Virus record (IMG/VR): IMGVR_UViG_3300017658_000128
Location: 1-44,978 of that record
Length of the DNA: 44,978 nucleotides
Source of the DNA: a virus
Taxonomy: Duplodnaviria > Caudoviricetes
Direction: 5' to 3' (one strand)
The position numbers and the translations under genes are program-made. Of this stretch, positions 9,394 through 19,629 are shown piece after piece (within the stretch, counting starts at the first letter, position 1; the number at the start of each line of letters is the position of its first letter). A model generated the notes under the pieces. The model had not been told where the DNA came from. It did no database searches and was given only the letters and a program-made list of their open reading frames with translations.

Positions 9394-10698
9394 ATGTCAG
9401 ATAAAATACTGGGGCGAATTGCCGTAGTTATGTACGCTACTGGAGATTACGCGTTTTCGGTTGCATGTACTGCGCAAAGCCTAATCAATGAAAATCCAGA
9501 TACGTCATTTGATTTTTTCGTGCTTCATGATGGAATATCAGAAGGTGACAAATCCGCCTTAATTTCGATTTTGAGTAATGTGAACTTTATCTATTTCGAC
9601 GGAAATGAGCTAACAAACTTTATAGCTCGAAGCTTGGGGGAAGAGTTTGACGCCCAAAAAACCCAGAGCTTAGTAAGGTCGAGAAAGATATACTTCATCT
9701 CAAAGGTGTTCATGTTCTCACTGCTTGAGCGGTATTCTCAGGTGCTGTACCTTGACACAGACATTCTGATCGTGAAATCGATTAGCGATATATTCGATCA
9801 TCATGGTGTTTCATGGGTTAACGCGCGAGCAAAGTTGAGCGTTAAGCTTCATAAAGCCTCTGCTGAGGAACATTTCTCATATTTGCCCGAAAATGCGTTG
9901 GCGCCGAACGCTGGTCTTATATATCTAAATGGGGATATCCCCTATGCGGAGATAACTAGGGAGCTGTGCCTAATCCTGCAGAACTATCACCGTCTAATAG
10001 GGTACGCGATCGACGAAGCGGCGATAGCCTGTGGTGTTCACAAAAGCGGGGTGCCTGTGCACTCGCTCAAGAAGTCTTTCAATAGGCTGGCTTGGGAGAG
10101 TGATAGTGATACCTGTGTGGTTCACGCAATGGGGAGGGATAAGTTTTGGAATCAGAAGATCGCTCAGGTCGCATTCCCCTCTTGGCGAAAATACTATGAA
10201 CGATGGTTGGATGCTAGCGGCTCCCAATTCAAGGGAAATGTGGAGGGTCTCTTGCCTCATTTTAGGGGGGCGGGAAGTGTTGTCTCCGAGTACCAGTTGA
10301 ATCGACTATGGCTCGAAATTAACACTACACTTCGCGAAACCTTTGGTCGAAAGATGCACCTTGACGCCCCACCTGTGGCGGGGAAGGCAAGGTATTATTG
10401 CGAGGCAGCGGTCGGTGATGTTTACTTTGAATTCACGATAAATTACGAGTTTATGAGGATCGGCATAAGGATGCTTGCCCCACAGCATCGTTCTGGCGAT
10501 GTTGGAGCAAGCGCTGATATGTCGGGAATTTCTGCATTTTCGCTGAGAGAAGGCATCGCTGAAATAACTAGCGAAAAGTTCAGGATCGGCGATCTGATTT
10601 CCACGATTCATCGTCTGGTCAAATTCTATCTGAGCAACTGCGCATCGCCAGAAGGTGACGAAGTGCTTGGATCGCTATTAGATGCGACCTCTGCGTAG
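9394..10698 (+). CDS. Glycosyltransferase family 8 protein
   Basis: VLYLDTDILI (DxD motif), NAGLIYLN, DE and VVHAMGRDKFW. Visibly AT-rich and opposite in orientation to the phage late genes. Confidence 0.85.
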   Translation: MSDKILGRIAVVMYATGDYAFSVACTAQSLINENPDTSFDFFVLHDGISEGDKSALISILSNVNFIYFDGNELTNFIARSLGEEFDAQKTQSLVRSRKIYFISKVFMFSLLERYSQVLYLDTDILIVKSISDIFDHHGVSWVNARAKLSVKLHKASAEEHFSYLPENALAPNAGLIYLNGDIPYAEITRELCLILQNYHRLIGYAIDEAAIACGVHKSGVPVHSLKKSFNRLAWESDSDTCVVHAMGRDKFWNQKIAQVAFPSWRKYYERWLDASGSQFKGNVEGLLPHFRGAGSVVSEYQLNRLWLEINTTLRETFGRKMHLDAPPVAGKARYYCEAAVGDVYFEFTINYEFMRIGIRMLAPQHRSGDVGASADMSGISAFSLREGIAEITSEKFRIGDLISTIHRLVKFYLSNCASPEGDEVLGSLLDATSA

Positions 10699-10759
10699 AA
10701 GTGGTTTCGTTCATGCGATCATTGAAGGGATACGAGCGCGCGATGCGCGCCCGGCGTTT

Positions 10760-13735
10760 CTATGCAGCGCCTAGTGTGACTACCCGCCAATCTGTCCCAG
10801 CGATATGGGTGCTCCCTGTCGTGAGCCGCGACCAGCCGTAGACAATGGAGCCGCCGGAAGGGATTGGGTTCGGCGCCTGCACGAGTTGCCCTGCGATGTA
10901 GTGGCCGCTGGTCGGCATGGCTGAAGCGTAACGCTCGGTCATGCCGGTGATCCGTCCAAAGGCGGGATCGGCCGGATCGGAGATGGTGCGCACATAGTCG
11001 AACGGCACGTTTGCAGGAATGTTGCGTACGCCCTTGTTGGCAGCATTATCCCCCAGACCCGCAATGTCGCCACTGATCGTTACGGGAGAGAAGAACGATA
11101 CCTTTCCCGACACCTGATTGATTAGGCCTGCCAAGTGCTTGTAGTGGCCGCCCTTTACCCGCACATGCGCGTTTCCGACGCGGAAGGCGTCAGCGCCCGA
11201 GCCAGCCGTCCAGGTGCCGTTGGCCCCGCGCAGCGTGTGGCGGTGCAGCGGATCGCCATCGACGATCCCGCCCTCGAACTCCAACAGGCCGAACCCGTCG
11301 ACGTCATAGGCCGCGGCCCCGGAAAAGTCCGAGACGATGTTGTCCTTGAACAGCATATTCACGAAGTCGGGGGCTGCATTGTTGTTGAAGCCCCAGATCC
11401 GCCACGGATTGCGCGCCCCAACTGAAAGGTTTTCCGCAAAGATCGCATTGCGGAAGGTTCCGCCAATCCAGAAGTGATCGCGCATGAAATCGGACTCGAT
11501 CACGTCGCCGTCATAAGGAGCCGCTCCGGAGATGTAGCGCGGGCCGTGGCCATAGTCAGAGTATTTGGCGGTGGGCCTCAGCGTGCGCAGGCACTTATTG
11601 CCCCTCATGCTGAAGTTGACGCTGCCGATAAAGTTGCCGTCAGAGGTCCAATACGCATCCGGCGCGACAATTCCGCCCGAGCCGTTCGGCCCCCAGACAT
11701 AATGCGTGCCGTCCACAGGATCGAGGGCGTATTCCGGCTCATAGGTTGGAGATTCTCCGGTGCCGTAGGAGTCGCTGATCGTAATCAGGTAACCCGTTTC
11801 ACCAGTTCCGCCCCAGCGCGAGCGGCCGAAGCCATCGATAAAGGTATTGTTGTCGACCTCCGTGTTGTAGCGCGCGATATTCCCGCTCTCCGGATTCCCC
11901 GTGCCGATGTTGTCCGCGCGCATCATGCCGAGGCGGATGGCGCGAACGGTCGGGCGAACGAAGATGTTGCCGGACACTCTCATGTTGCGCGAACCGATCC
12001 CATAGACCCCTTGCGAGTCAATGAAGATGCAATTGGTGACGATGGTATTCTCCCGCATGCTGCCCGCGCGGTGACGAACGCAAGCCACGCTGTCATCACA
12101 GACGCGGAGGAACATGGTTTCTGAAATGATCACGTCATCGCTGTTTGGGATGTGCAGTCCGTCGCGGCTGGTGGTGTCTATGACGCAACCCGTGACCCGG
12201 ATGCGATCGTAAGTGGAGGCCACGACCGCCATGTTCGCGGCGTTTTTGATGCAGAACCTCTCCAGATGGAGGGTGCCGCCAACATCGCCGAGCACAACGG
12301 TTTGCCCGCTTTCAGCCCATTGGCCGCCGATGCCCCAATCTGAAATGATCGAAAAGTCCGCGAGTCGAATATATTCGGCCTTGGCAGTGGTGGTGCGGTA
12401 GAACAGGCCTTTCTTGATCTCAGGGGCGAGCCCCTTGTCGCGGAAGTAGATCTGCGACGCGAACATGCCGCGCCCGATCACTTCCAGTTTGATCGCGTTG
12501 AACACGCAGGTCGACCCGGACAAAACGTTTTTGTCGACCAGGAATTTTCCCTCATTGATGACCACGCGCCGGATGTCGTTGGCGGTCGCCCAGCCGATCA
12601 TGGATTGCAACTCTAGGCGGCAGGAACTGCCGGTCCAAACGTCCGTATCCAGTCCTCCAGCATCCGCGACGGCGCCCCAATGACGCAAAGTCGCCTCACC
12701 CTTCGGAACCCAGTATTGCGCGCCCGCCGTCGCCAGTGGGATGTTCGAGGTTGCCATCGCCGCCGGCTTGCGGGTGTAGCTCAATACCTCCCCGTCATGC
12801 AGAACTGAAATTCGGGCCACTGGAGCGGGGATAAACGCGGAGACGGCAGCCGACCGCGACAGGAATGCGAGGCCGCCGAAGCCAATGCGCTTCTGGGCCA
12901 GTTCCTGCGTTGCGTCGGTAACGGAGATTTTCGCGGGGATGACAGTGCCCGCAGCCCCGGCGCGAACGCCAAACCGAACCCGGCTCTTTGCGGCGAAACT
13001 GCTAGGAGGCACGATCGACTTATCAGCGCCGTCGTCCGCAAAGGGTGAGACGATGGCGCTTACAGTGACTTCCGTTCCGTCAGCGGGCGCGTTGAATGCA
13101 AGGATGCTGGTGGGGAGAGGATTGCCGTGATCCTTATCGAGCCCGATTGCGTAGAGGTCGAGGGGCAGCGTGCCGGTGATGGGGCTTGTGACACGCAGGG
13201 TGGCCGTCACCTTCCAAGCATTTCTGCCCCAGGGAACCACGCCTTTGGTCAGAATATTGTCTCCCGCCACCGTGGGCGACCACTGAACCGTGGGGCCAAA
13301 GAGAGCATCTGAGGCAAGGACCGACATTTTATCGGTCGGAAGGGTCGAAAGAGGCGATCCGCCGCGCTGACTGGTCCAGCTTTGCAGTCCGTTCAGAAAG
13401 CCATCGGGAAGCACTGCCGCGACGTTGCCCACGTTTGACGCCTGCCCCGCCGCCGTCTCCGATGCCGCCCGGTCCAGCCCGGTCTGCACGCGGTCTGCCG
13501 TCGTGGTGGCAGCTGCTGCGACCGCTTGCTGACGGCCGGCCTCGGTCGCCTGCGCGTCCGCATCGGCTGCTGCGGCGGCGTTGACGGACTGCTGCCGCGC
13601 GCCTTCCATCTCAGTGCGAACGGCGGTCAGATTTTCATTCGTCTCGACCGCCGCGTCGAAGCGCTGCCGGTCGGCGGGATCGATCGCCCCCTGCGGACCA
13701 CGGCGGAATACTCTGACTTTGACGATTTCAGCCAT
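10760..13735 (-). CDS. Tailspike / receptor-binding protein with right-handed beta-helix (pectate-lyase-like depolymerase)
   Basis: Ala-rich N-terminal stalk, HWGAVADAG start of the helix domain, repeating beta-helix rungs (RDGLHI, DDSVA, VSGNIF); last gene of the tail module. Confidence 0.8.
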   Translation of the reverse strand: MAEIVKVRVFRRGPQGAIDPADRQRFDAAVETNENLTAVRTEMEGARQQSVNAAAAADADAQATEAGRQQAVAAAATTTADRVQTGLDRAASETAAGQASNVGNVAAVLPDGFLNGLQSWTSQRGGSPLSTLPTDKMSVLASDALFGPTVQWSPTVAGDNILTKGVVPWGRNAWKVTATLRVTSPITGTLPLDLYAIGLDKDHGNPLPTSILAFNAPADGTEVTVSAIVSPFADDGADKSIVPPSSFAAKSRVRFGVRAGAAGTVIPAKISVTDATQELAQKRIGFGGLAFLSRSAAVSAFIPAPVARISVLHDGEVLSYTRKPAAMATSNIPLATAGAQYWVPKGEATLRHWGAVADAGGLDTDVWTGSSCRLELQSMIGWATANDIRRVVINEGKFLVDKNVLSGSTCVFNAIKLEVIGRGMFASQIYFRDKGLAPEIKKGLFYRTTTAKAEYIRLADFSIISDWGIGGQWAESGQTVVLGDVGGTLHLERFCIKNAANMAVVASTYDRIRVTGCVIDTTSRDGLHIPNSDDVIISETMFLRVCDDSVACVRHRAGSMRENTIVTNCIFIDSQGVYGIGSRNMRVSGNIFVRPTVRAIRLGMMRADNIGTGNPESGNIARYNTEVDNNTFIDGFGRSRWGGTGETGYLITISDSYGTGESPTYEPEYALDPVDGTHYVWGPNGSGGIVAPDAYWTSDGNFIGSVNFSMRGNKCLRTLRPTAKYSDYGHGPRYISGAAPYDGDVIESDFMRDHFWIGGTFRNAIFAENLSVGARNPWRIWGFNNNAAPDFVNMLFKDNIVSDFSGAAAYDVDGFGLLEFEGGIVDGDPLHRHTLRGANGTWTAGSGADAFRVGNAHVRVKGGHYKHLAGLINQVSGKVSFFSPVTISGDIAGLGDNAANKGVRNIPANVPFDYVRTISDPADPAFGRITGMTERYASAMPTSGHYIAGQLVQAPNPIPSGGSIVYGWSRLTTGSTHIAGTDWRVVTLGAA

Positions 13736-14022
13736 CAGCAACCCTCGGAAATTTCAATGATCACGTCGCCCTCGAACTCGGGGCCCTGCCCCCAGTCGAA
13801 ATAGACGGAGGCGGTGTAGCTGCCGGCGGGCAGGTCCAGCGGTTGCAAGTCGACCTCGAGCGCATCCTCGGCCGCCACGCCCGGGAGCGCGATGCACTGG
13901 TCCCCGGCCGCGACGCGGAGTTCACCCGTCAGGTCGGTCAGGTCGGGGACCGATCCGTCGTCGATCTCTGGCTGGAAGCAGTAGACGCGGCGCGAGCCGC
14001 GCCGGTGGGTGAGGATGGTCAT
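13735..14022 (-). CDS. Small tail/baseplate adaptor-like protein
   Basis: Translationally coupled to the tailspike; short and beta-rich. Confidence 0.55.
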   Translation of the reverse strand: MTILTHRRGSRRVYCFQPEIDDGSVPDLTDLTGELRVAAGDQCIALPGVAAEDALEVDLQPLDLPAGSYTASVYFDWGQGPEFEGDVIIEISEGC

Positions 14023-14035
14023 GTCGCTGTCTCGC

Positions 14036-14063
14036 AAAAGAGAAGCCCCGCGCGGGGCGGGGC
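14036..14063 (-). terminator. Intrinsic terminator after the tail fibre assembly gene
   Basis: Minus strand reads GCCCCGC-CCCGC-GCGGGGC-TTCTCTTTT. Confidence 0.65.
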
Positions 14064-14064
14064 G

Positions 14065-14535
14065 TCAGGCGGAGGGCGGGGTCGGCCAGACCGGGTTTGC
14101 CGGATTGGCCGTGGTGTCGGGGAGGTCGCGCAGGGCTTGGCGGTATGCCCTCCATGCGGCCAAGGCCTCGGCCGAGAGCGGCGCGTCAGGGAGTTGCGAC
14201 CAGTCGCAGGCGGTGAGGCGCGCGTCGCGTTCCTCTCGCAGCAGTGCCATGAGCCTGGCGCTCTCGGCCGCATACCAAGCCGCGTCGCGTGGGTCGGTCC
14301 AGCTCTTGCTGGGCCAATCCCACGCTGCCCAATCGCCGGGCCGGGCCGGGAATGCGACGGGTGAGCCCCCGGCGACGTAATGGGTCGCCGCCGAGAACTC
14401 GCCCCAGATCGCGGCTTGCCCCTCGATCATATTGGCGTCGAGGTCCGAACTAACCGCGCCCGTTTCCGGGTCGACGCCGATATCGAGAATGGCCTCGATC
14501 CGACCGCTCTCGGTGTCGTAGATGGTGAACTTCAC
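14065..14535 (-). CDS. Tail fibre assembly / chaperone protein
   Basis: C-terminal REERDARLTACDWSQLPDAPL...WRAYRQALRDLP...WPTPP family motif; GTG start overlaps the upstream stop. Confidence 0.8.
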   Translation of the reverse strand: MKFTIYDTESGRIEAILDIGVDPETGAVSSDLDANMIEGQAAIWGEFSAATHYVAGGSPVAFPARPGDWAAWDWPSKSWTDPRDAAWYAAESARLMALLREERDARLTACDWSQLPDAPLSAEALAAWRAYRQALRDLPDTTANPANPVWPTPPSA

Positions 14536-17500
14536 TTTTTCGCCTCGAATACGAACAGGTGCAGGTCGAGCGATGACAGGTCGATCGGCGCGGACGCGGT
14601 TTGCCCCCAAGACAGCAGGAGCGTGTTCGCCCCCGATTGCCCGGTTGCCGCGAAGGTTCCGGACATCATCCTCGGCGTGGACTGTGCCGGCCCGCCGCCG
14701 AGCGTGCTTCCATTCAGTGACAGGGAGACGCTGACGTTATTGCCAGCAACGCCGCCGCTGAATGTAGCCGTGAAACCGACAATCAGGTTGCTGTCGCCGG
14801 AAAGTGTGAAGTTCAGCCCACGGTTGTTGTTTTGCTGGGTGATATTCGCGAAGGACGCGGCCCATTGCTGGGTCACGGCCCGGTTTCCGATCTTGAGCGT
14901 CCCGACCGACAGGTCAGCGATCTTGGCCGAGTTAACGGCCAGATCCTCGATATGCGCGCGCTGGATCACCCCATTTGTGATCTGCGCCGAGCCGGTGATG
15001 ATCCCGGTCGTCGCCAGCAAGCCCCCGGTGATCGTCTGGGCGACGATGTGTATTCCCCGGATCGTCCCGTCAACGATCAGCTCGCCAGTGCCCTTGCGCC
15101 GCATGACCGGCGCCGAGAACGCGATATGCCCGCCTGCTGTATATCCCCCGGCATCGACGCGGAAGATCAGCCGCACCTGCGTTGCCCCGGCGGGGGCAAC
15201 CGCATTGGTCACGGTCAGCCGCTCCCAAACGGCGGTCGTCTTGGTCGCGGAGAAGAACGTCGCGAGGCTCGCTCCGTCAAAATCCGCAAACTGGACGATA
15301 ATGCGCGAGCTATGCGCACCGGTCGCCGCGACCCGCGCTGAGGCGAAGATTTCCTCGCCAGGCTGGCAGGACGCCCACGCGCCGTGGATCGATGTTTGTG
15401 ACCCTCCGCTCCGCGGGGTGACCAGAAACGCCCCACGGCACGCAGCGCCCGCCGAGGTAAGACCATAATTGGGCGCGTGCGTGACCCACTCGCCGACAGC
15501 GTCAGCTCCCCAAGATGCGAGGTCCTGGATCTGGTCATCGCTGACCAGGTTCGCAAAATCGGTGATCGCCATTTTCGACGCGACAACCGCCTTGGCGGCA
15601 AGCTGCTCGGCCCCGATCGCCCCGGCGGCAATCTGCCCGGCGATGAGTTGCCCGACGATCTGGGTTGCCGAAACCTCGGCCGTCCAGAGCGCGCCGGTCC
15701 AGCGGTAGAGCAGGCCGTCGTTGGTGCGATAAACGAGATCGCCCACGCGGTTGCCGGTCGTCGGCAAGGCACCTGTGACGATCTTTGGCACGCGGATATT
15801 GGCCGCGAACCACGTCTCGTCCAGCACGCCCTGCAGGCTCTCGGCGATGAAATGGACCCAAACGCCGGCCGTCGCGTCCCACGAATAGAGCGCATTGTCG
15901 GCCCGGCTCCAAGCCAACTCCCCGTCGTAGTTTCCGGGCACCGAGCGGTCGGCAATGTCGCGCGTCGGCTTCATGCCGGCGCTTTCGAACAGCCCGGTCA
16001 CGCCGCCGATGAAGTCGTCATCACCGACATAGATCGCGCCGGTAGTGACCGTGAGCCAGCCCGTCCATTGCCCTTTCGGGGTCAGGCGGGAATAGAGCCG
16101 GGCGCGGATCTGGTAGGTCGTGCGCTGAGTCACGGCCGAGATCAGCCAGGAATAGGGCGCGCCCCAAGGCCGGTAGACGTCGACCGAAGGATCGGTGTCG
16201 CCGGATTTGCGGACCTGAAACCGGATCCGGGAGATTCCGACCTCATCTCCGTTGCACCATGCCCGGATTGGCACGCCGCGCGTGCGGCCGGCGCTGTCCG
16301 GCACATTCACGGCCTCGGCCGAGAACCCGTCGATGACCTGCACCCAAGGCCGAACCGGCCGCGGAGTGACGATCGTCGTCGGGAACTCATAATCGCTGTC
16401 CCAATCGTAGTCCGACGGATCGACTTCGCGCAGACTCAGCCGCACGTTCATCCCCGGCGTCTTTTCGACGGACTCAACGATGAACAGCTTCGCGATGTAG
16501 CCGTTGCGCGCGCTGGTCCAGGACACCAGATCGAGCGGCTCCAGACCATAGGCTTCGGGCGGCATTTCGATCTGATGGGTGCGGAAGCGCCGGAAGTCCT
16601 GCATCTGCGCGCGCATGAGCCGCTGCACCTGGCGGCGATACGGCACCGCGCCATAGGCAACCGAGATCGGCAGGTAGCGCCCGCCGTCCTCGGCCGTGGC
16701 GCCCGCGTGGATGAACTCCGGCGCGTCCTTGCTCGCCCATTTCTCGCCCGGTTCGGGATAGGTCGCGGTGATGGCGTTATAAGTGTCGCCGAGGCTCTGG
16801 AACGGGTCATGGACCTGCGGCGCGGAATGGTTCACATCGCCATCGTTGAAGGCCAGCACCGCCGCGCCCGGCAGATCGACCACCGGCTTGAGCATGCCGC
16901 CGACCTCGGCGAAGCGCATATTCGCGGCCCGGCCGATCTCCTCGAGGACATCGGCGGCGCGCATGTCGACTGTGATCTGCAGCCCGCAGCGATAGGCGGG
17001 TTCGGTGCCGCCGGCGGCGAGCGCGATCGCCCGGTCGCAGGCATTGGCGGCGGCGATCCATTCCGCGCGCGGCAGGCGCCACGCGGGAAGGTTCTTGCCG
17101 CCGAAGATCCACTCGTCGCCGTAATAGATCCCGCGGGCAATATTGTAGGCGATGAGGGCCGGGTTGCGGGTGGCCTCATAGGTCGCGCGATTGCCCCAGC
17201 GATGCGCGCCCGAGCCGCCTGCCGTGCTGTCCTTCCTCGGGTCATACATCGGCAAGGGCTGCGGCTGAAACAGATAGGCCGGATAGCTGGTCAGCGTGTC
17301 GGCGTTGTAGCGGGTGGTGACGACGGCATAGGTCTTGCCGCGCCCGATCATGGCCGAGGTCCAGGGATAGTCGGGATCGCTGCCGAACAGGGCAACGAGC
17401 ATAGGGTCGGCAGCGGTCTGGGTGCCATCGAGCCAGCGAATCCAGATGAAGTGCTTGCCGGGCAGATCCTCGTCGGCAAACGCGGTCAGCGGATGGCCCA

Positions 17501-17945
17501 GCGTATAGCCGGTATCGTCATCCTCGGTGACGCCCCAGAGGATTTCGCCCTCCTCGTCATCCACCCACATCCCGGCGATGCCCGGCTGCGGCAGGCAGGA
17601 CACTTCGATCACCTCGGTGATGTAGCGGGTATTCTTGCCCCAGCTGCCGATGTATTTGCGCTTGCCGGCGGTGACGTAATCTCCGGCGATGAACGAAAGC
17701 GGCGTGTCGTCGCCGAATTGCACGTCAAACTGCACGTCGATTGCAGGCCGCTCGGCCATCGCCTTGCCGGCGACCACGGAAAGGATCTTCGCGCCGACAC
17801 CGATCGCCATCTGCAGCATTGCACCGGCAATGCCGCCGGCTGCGATGGTGTTGCCGATCCATGCAACCGCCGCCATCATCGGGCCGGCATGGGCCGGGGC
17901 CGCGATCAGCGCGAAGGCTGCCGCGGTCAAAATCAGTCTGATCAT
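14532..17945 (-). CDS. Tail tip / central fibre protein (J-like host-specificity protein)
   Basis: 1137 aa with YDPRKDST...NPAL and tail-tip architecture, ending in fibre-like repeats. Confidence 0.85.
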   Translation of the reverse strand: MIRLILTAAAFALIAAPAHAGPMMAAVAWIGNTIAAGGIAGAMLQMAIGVGAKILSVVAGKAMAERPAIDVQFDVQFGDDTPLSFIAGDYVTAGKRKYIGSWGKNTRYITEVIEVSCLPQPGIAGMWVDDEEGEILWGVTEDDDTGYTLGHPLTAFADEDLPGKHFIWIRWLDGTQTAADPMLVALFGSDPDYPWTSAMIGRGKTYAVVTTRYNADTLTSYPAYLFQPQPLPMYDPRKDSTAGGSGAHRWGNRATYEATRNPALIAYNIARGIYYGDEWIFGGKNLPAWRLPRAEWIAAANACDRAIALAAGGTEPAYRCGLQITVDMRAADVLEEIGRAANMRFAEVGGMLKPVVDLPGAAVLAFNDGDVNHSAPQVHDPFQSLGDTYNAITATYPEPGEKWASKDAPEFIHAGATAEDGGRYLPISVAYGAVPYRRQVQRLMRAQMQDFRRFRTHQIEMPPEAYGLEPLDLVSWTSARNGYIAKLFIVESVEKTPGMNVRLSLREVDPSDYDWDSDYEFPTTIVTPRPVRPWVQVIDGFSAEAVNVPDSAGRTRGVPIRAWCNGDEVGISRIRFQVRKSGDTDPSVDVYRPWGAPYSWLISAVTQRTTYQIRARLYSRLTPKGQWTGWLTVTTGAIYVGDDDFIGGVTGLFESAGMKPTRDIADRSVPGNYDGELAWSRADNALYSWDATAGVWVHFIAESLQGVLDETWFAANIRVPKIVTGALPTTGNRVGDLVYRTNDGLLYRWTGALWTAEVSATQIVGQLIAGQIAAGAIGAEQLAAKAVVASKMAITDFANLVSDDQIQDLASWGADAVGEWVTHAPNYGLTSAGAACRGAFLVTPRSGGSQTSIHGAWASCQPGEEIFASARVAATGAHSSRIIVQFADFDGASLATFFSATKTTAVWERLTVTNAVAPAGATQVRLIFRVDAGGYTAGGHIAFSAPVMRRKGTGELIVDGTIRGIHIVAQTITGGLLATTGIITGSAQITNGVIQRAHIEDLAVNSAKIADLSVGTLKIGNRAVTQQWAASFANITQQNNNRGLNFTLSGDSNLIVGFTATFSGGVAGNNVSVSLSLNGSTLGGGPAQSTPRMMSGTFAATGQSGANTLLLSWGQTASAPIDLSSLDLHLFVFEAKK

Positions 17946-17951
17946 CTGGGA

Positions 17952-18368
17952 TTACCCGACCTTGAAGGCCCTCAACATGTCCTCGCGCGGACGGCGACCG
18001 TGGCCAGCCTCGGTCAGCACGATCAGCCCGCCGCTATCGACGACGCAAAGCGCCTGGCCGAGCGGCCCCTCGGCCGCGAGGAGGCCGATATCGCCCACAT
18101 CGGCAAAGGCCGGCGGGATTTCCGGCAGGAGCGAGGCGACGGCATCTGCGAGCGTGGTGAAGCCCGCCTTGTGCAGCGCTCTGCGCGCGCCGCCTGCTGT
18201 CCTGTAGCGCCCGCGCCACGGCCCAGCAGGATCGGCACCGGTCAGCGCCCTGACAGCGCCAGCGGCCAGCCCAAGCGCGCAATCGGCCGTGCCCCATGCG
18301 AAGGGGTCGCGGCGCTGGCGGTCCATCTCAGCCGCGAAACGCGCGCGCCAATCCGGCAGGCGGGTCAC
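17952..18368 (-). CDS. NlpC/P60-like tail-associated protein
   Basis: PFAWGTADCAL, RGRYRT and GDIGL motifs; GTGA overlap with the upstream gene. Confidence 0.75.
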   Translation of the reverse strand: MTRLPDWRARFAAEMDRQRRDPFAWGTADCALGLAAGAVRALTGADPAGPWRGRYRTAGGARRALHKAGFTTLADAVASLLPEIPPAFADVGDIGLLAAEGPLGQALCVVDSGGLIVLTEAGHGRRPREDMLRAFKVG

Positions 18369-18988
18369 TGATCCTTGTGATACCATTGCACGTCCCTCGA
18401 ACTGACGGTTGATCCGTATTCGCTGAACCGGTCCCCGGCCTGCCGGCGCTTCTGATGCGCGTCCGAGCTTTTGGCCGGGTTGCAGGCAGTCAGCATCGCC
18501 ATGATTTCCGAGCGCACCGAGAGCGAGATGCCGCCCTCCGAATTGGCCGCCGGGGTGCTGATCGGGGCACCGTCGACAATGCCGACCCATTGCAGCTGCG
18601 GCGCGCTGACGAACGCCCCGCCGGTCATCGACGTGGCGTGGATCTCGCAAGGTGCGAGCCGCAGGTCGAGGCCGCGCACCAGTTCCTGCGCCGCAGCGGC
18701 GATCTGCGAGAGCGCCACGGTGACGGCGCGGTCGGACAGGTCGGCGACATAGCCGAGCCCTGACACCGACAGGCCGCTGCCGCCGATATAGAGCCGGGAT
18801 TCGGTGCCGCTGCCATCGGGTCGCGCGACGTTGATCGTGTGATCATAGGCGCCCGACCAGAAGCCGACATCGACAGCCGCACCGGTATCCCGATCGCGAC
18901 CGGTGAAATACGCGAAATAGACCGGGGCAATGCCGGTGTCGCGCGCCGCCTGCATGGCGGCGGTAAAGCCTGCATCGAAATAGCGCAT
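18365..18988 (-). CDS. Minor tail / baseplate hub protein
   Basis: Position between distal tail and NlpC genes; S.AHQKRRQAGDRF motif. Confidence 0.7.
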   Translation of the reverse strand: MRYFDAGFTAAMQAARDTGIAPVYFAYFTGRDRDTGAAVDVGFWSGAYDHTINVARPDGSGTESRLYIGGSGLSVSGLGYVADLSDRAVTVALSQIAAAAQELVRGLDLRLAPCEIHATSMTGGAFVSAPQLQWVGIVDGAPISTPAANSEGGISLSVRSEIMAMLTACNPAKSSDAHQKRRQAGDRFSEYGSTVSSRDVQWYHKDQ

Positions 18989-18991
18989 GGG

Positions 18992-19627
18992 TCAGAGCTT
19001 CTGGATCAGGGTGAGCGAGGCACCGGTCGAGAGCCGACCGGGCACGTCGCGGAACGGCACGAAATTGCCTTGCGGCACGCGGGCGCGAATCAACGGGCGG
19101 CCGAGGCTTACCGTGGCCCCGGCTGCGATTGGCAAGGGCAATGCCGGTTCGACGGCGATCTGACCGGTAGCACCCGAGCCATTCGCCGTGCCGCTCTCGG
19201 CGAACATGCCAAAATAATACCGCCCGCCGCTATAGGTGATCTGCAGCCGGTCACCCGCCGTGAGGCGATACCCCGCCGGCAGCCCCGCGAGGGAAAGGGT
19301 AATGCGATCCGCCCCGATCGCGCCGACGGTGACGCCGGAGCCGGGAATATCGCCCGATGCCGGCTTGTAAGATCCATCCGCGAAGAGAAACGACCTCATC
19401 GTCCCGAGCGCGAAGATCTTGGCGTTGATCTCGCGCGCCTGCTCCCAGCTTCGCGGACCAAGGGTCAGGCTGAACTGCCACAGCGGCGGCGCGAGCTGGG
19501 CGGTCCAGTCCTGCCCGTTCCCCGAGCCCGACTGCTCCTCGAACCGCAAAAGCTCGGGGATGCAGTCGGACACGGGCTTCAGACGGTCATTCAGGAAGGC
19601 CAGCGGGTAGGGCTCGGAGAGGGCCAT
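18992..19627 (-). CDS. Distal tail protein
   Basis: Directly follows the tape measure gene; PPLWQ and LTAGD motifs. Confidence 0.7.
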   Translation of the reverse strand: MALSEPYPLAFLNDRLKPVSDCIPELLRFEEQSGSGNGQDWTAQLAPPLWQFSLTLGPRSWEQAREINAKIFALGTMRSFLFADGSYKPASGDIPGSGVTVGAIGADRITLSLAGLPAGYRLTAGDRLQITYSGGRYYFGMFAESGTANGSGATGQIAVEPALPLPIAAGATVSLGRPLIRARVPQGNFVPFRDVPGRLSTGASLTLIQKL

Positions 19628-19629
19628 GG

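Noticed and set aside
10760-17945. Diversity-generating retroelement or invertible tail-fibre system
   Set aside because: No reverse transcriptase, invertase or duplicated template region seen.
15477-18371. 964-aa plus-strand ORF
   Set aside because: Antisense shadow of the tail tip gene in high-GC DNA.
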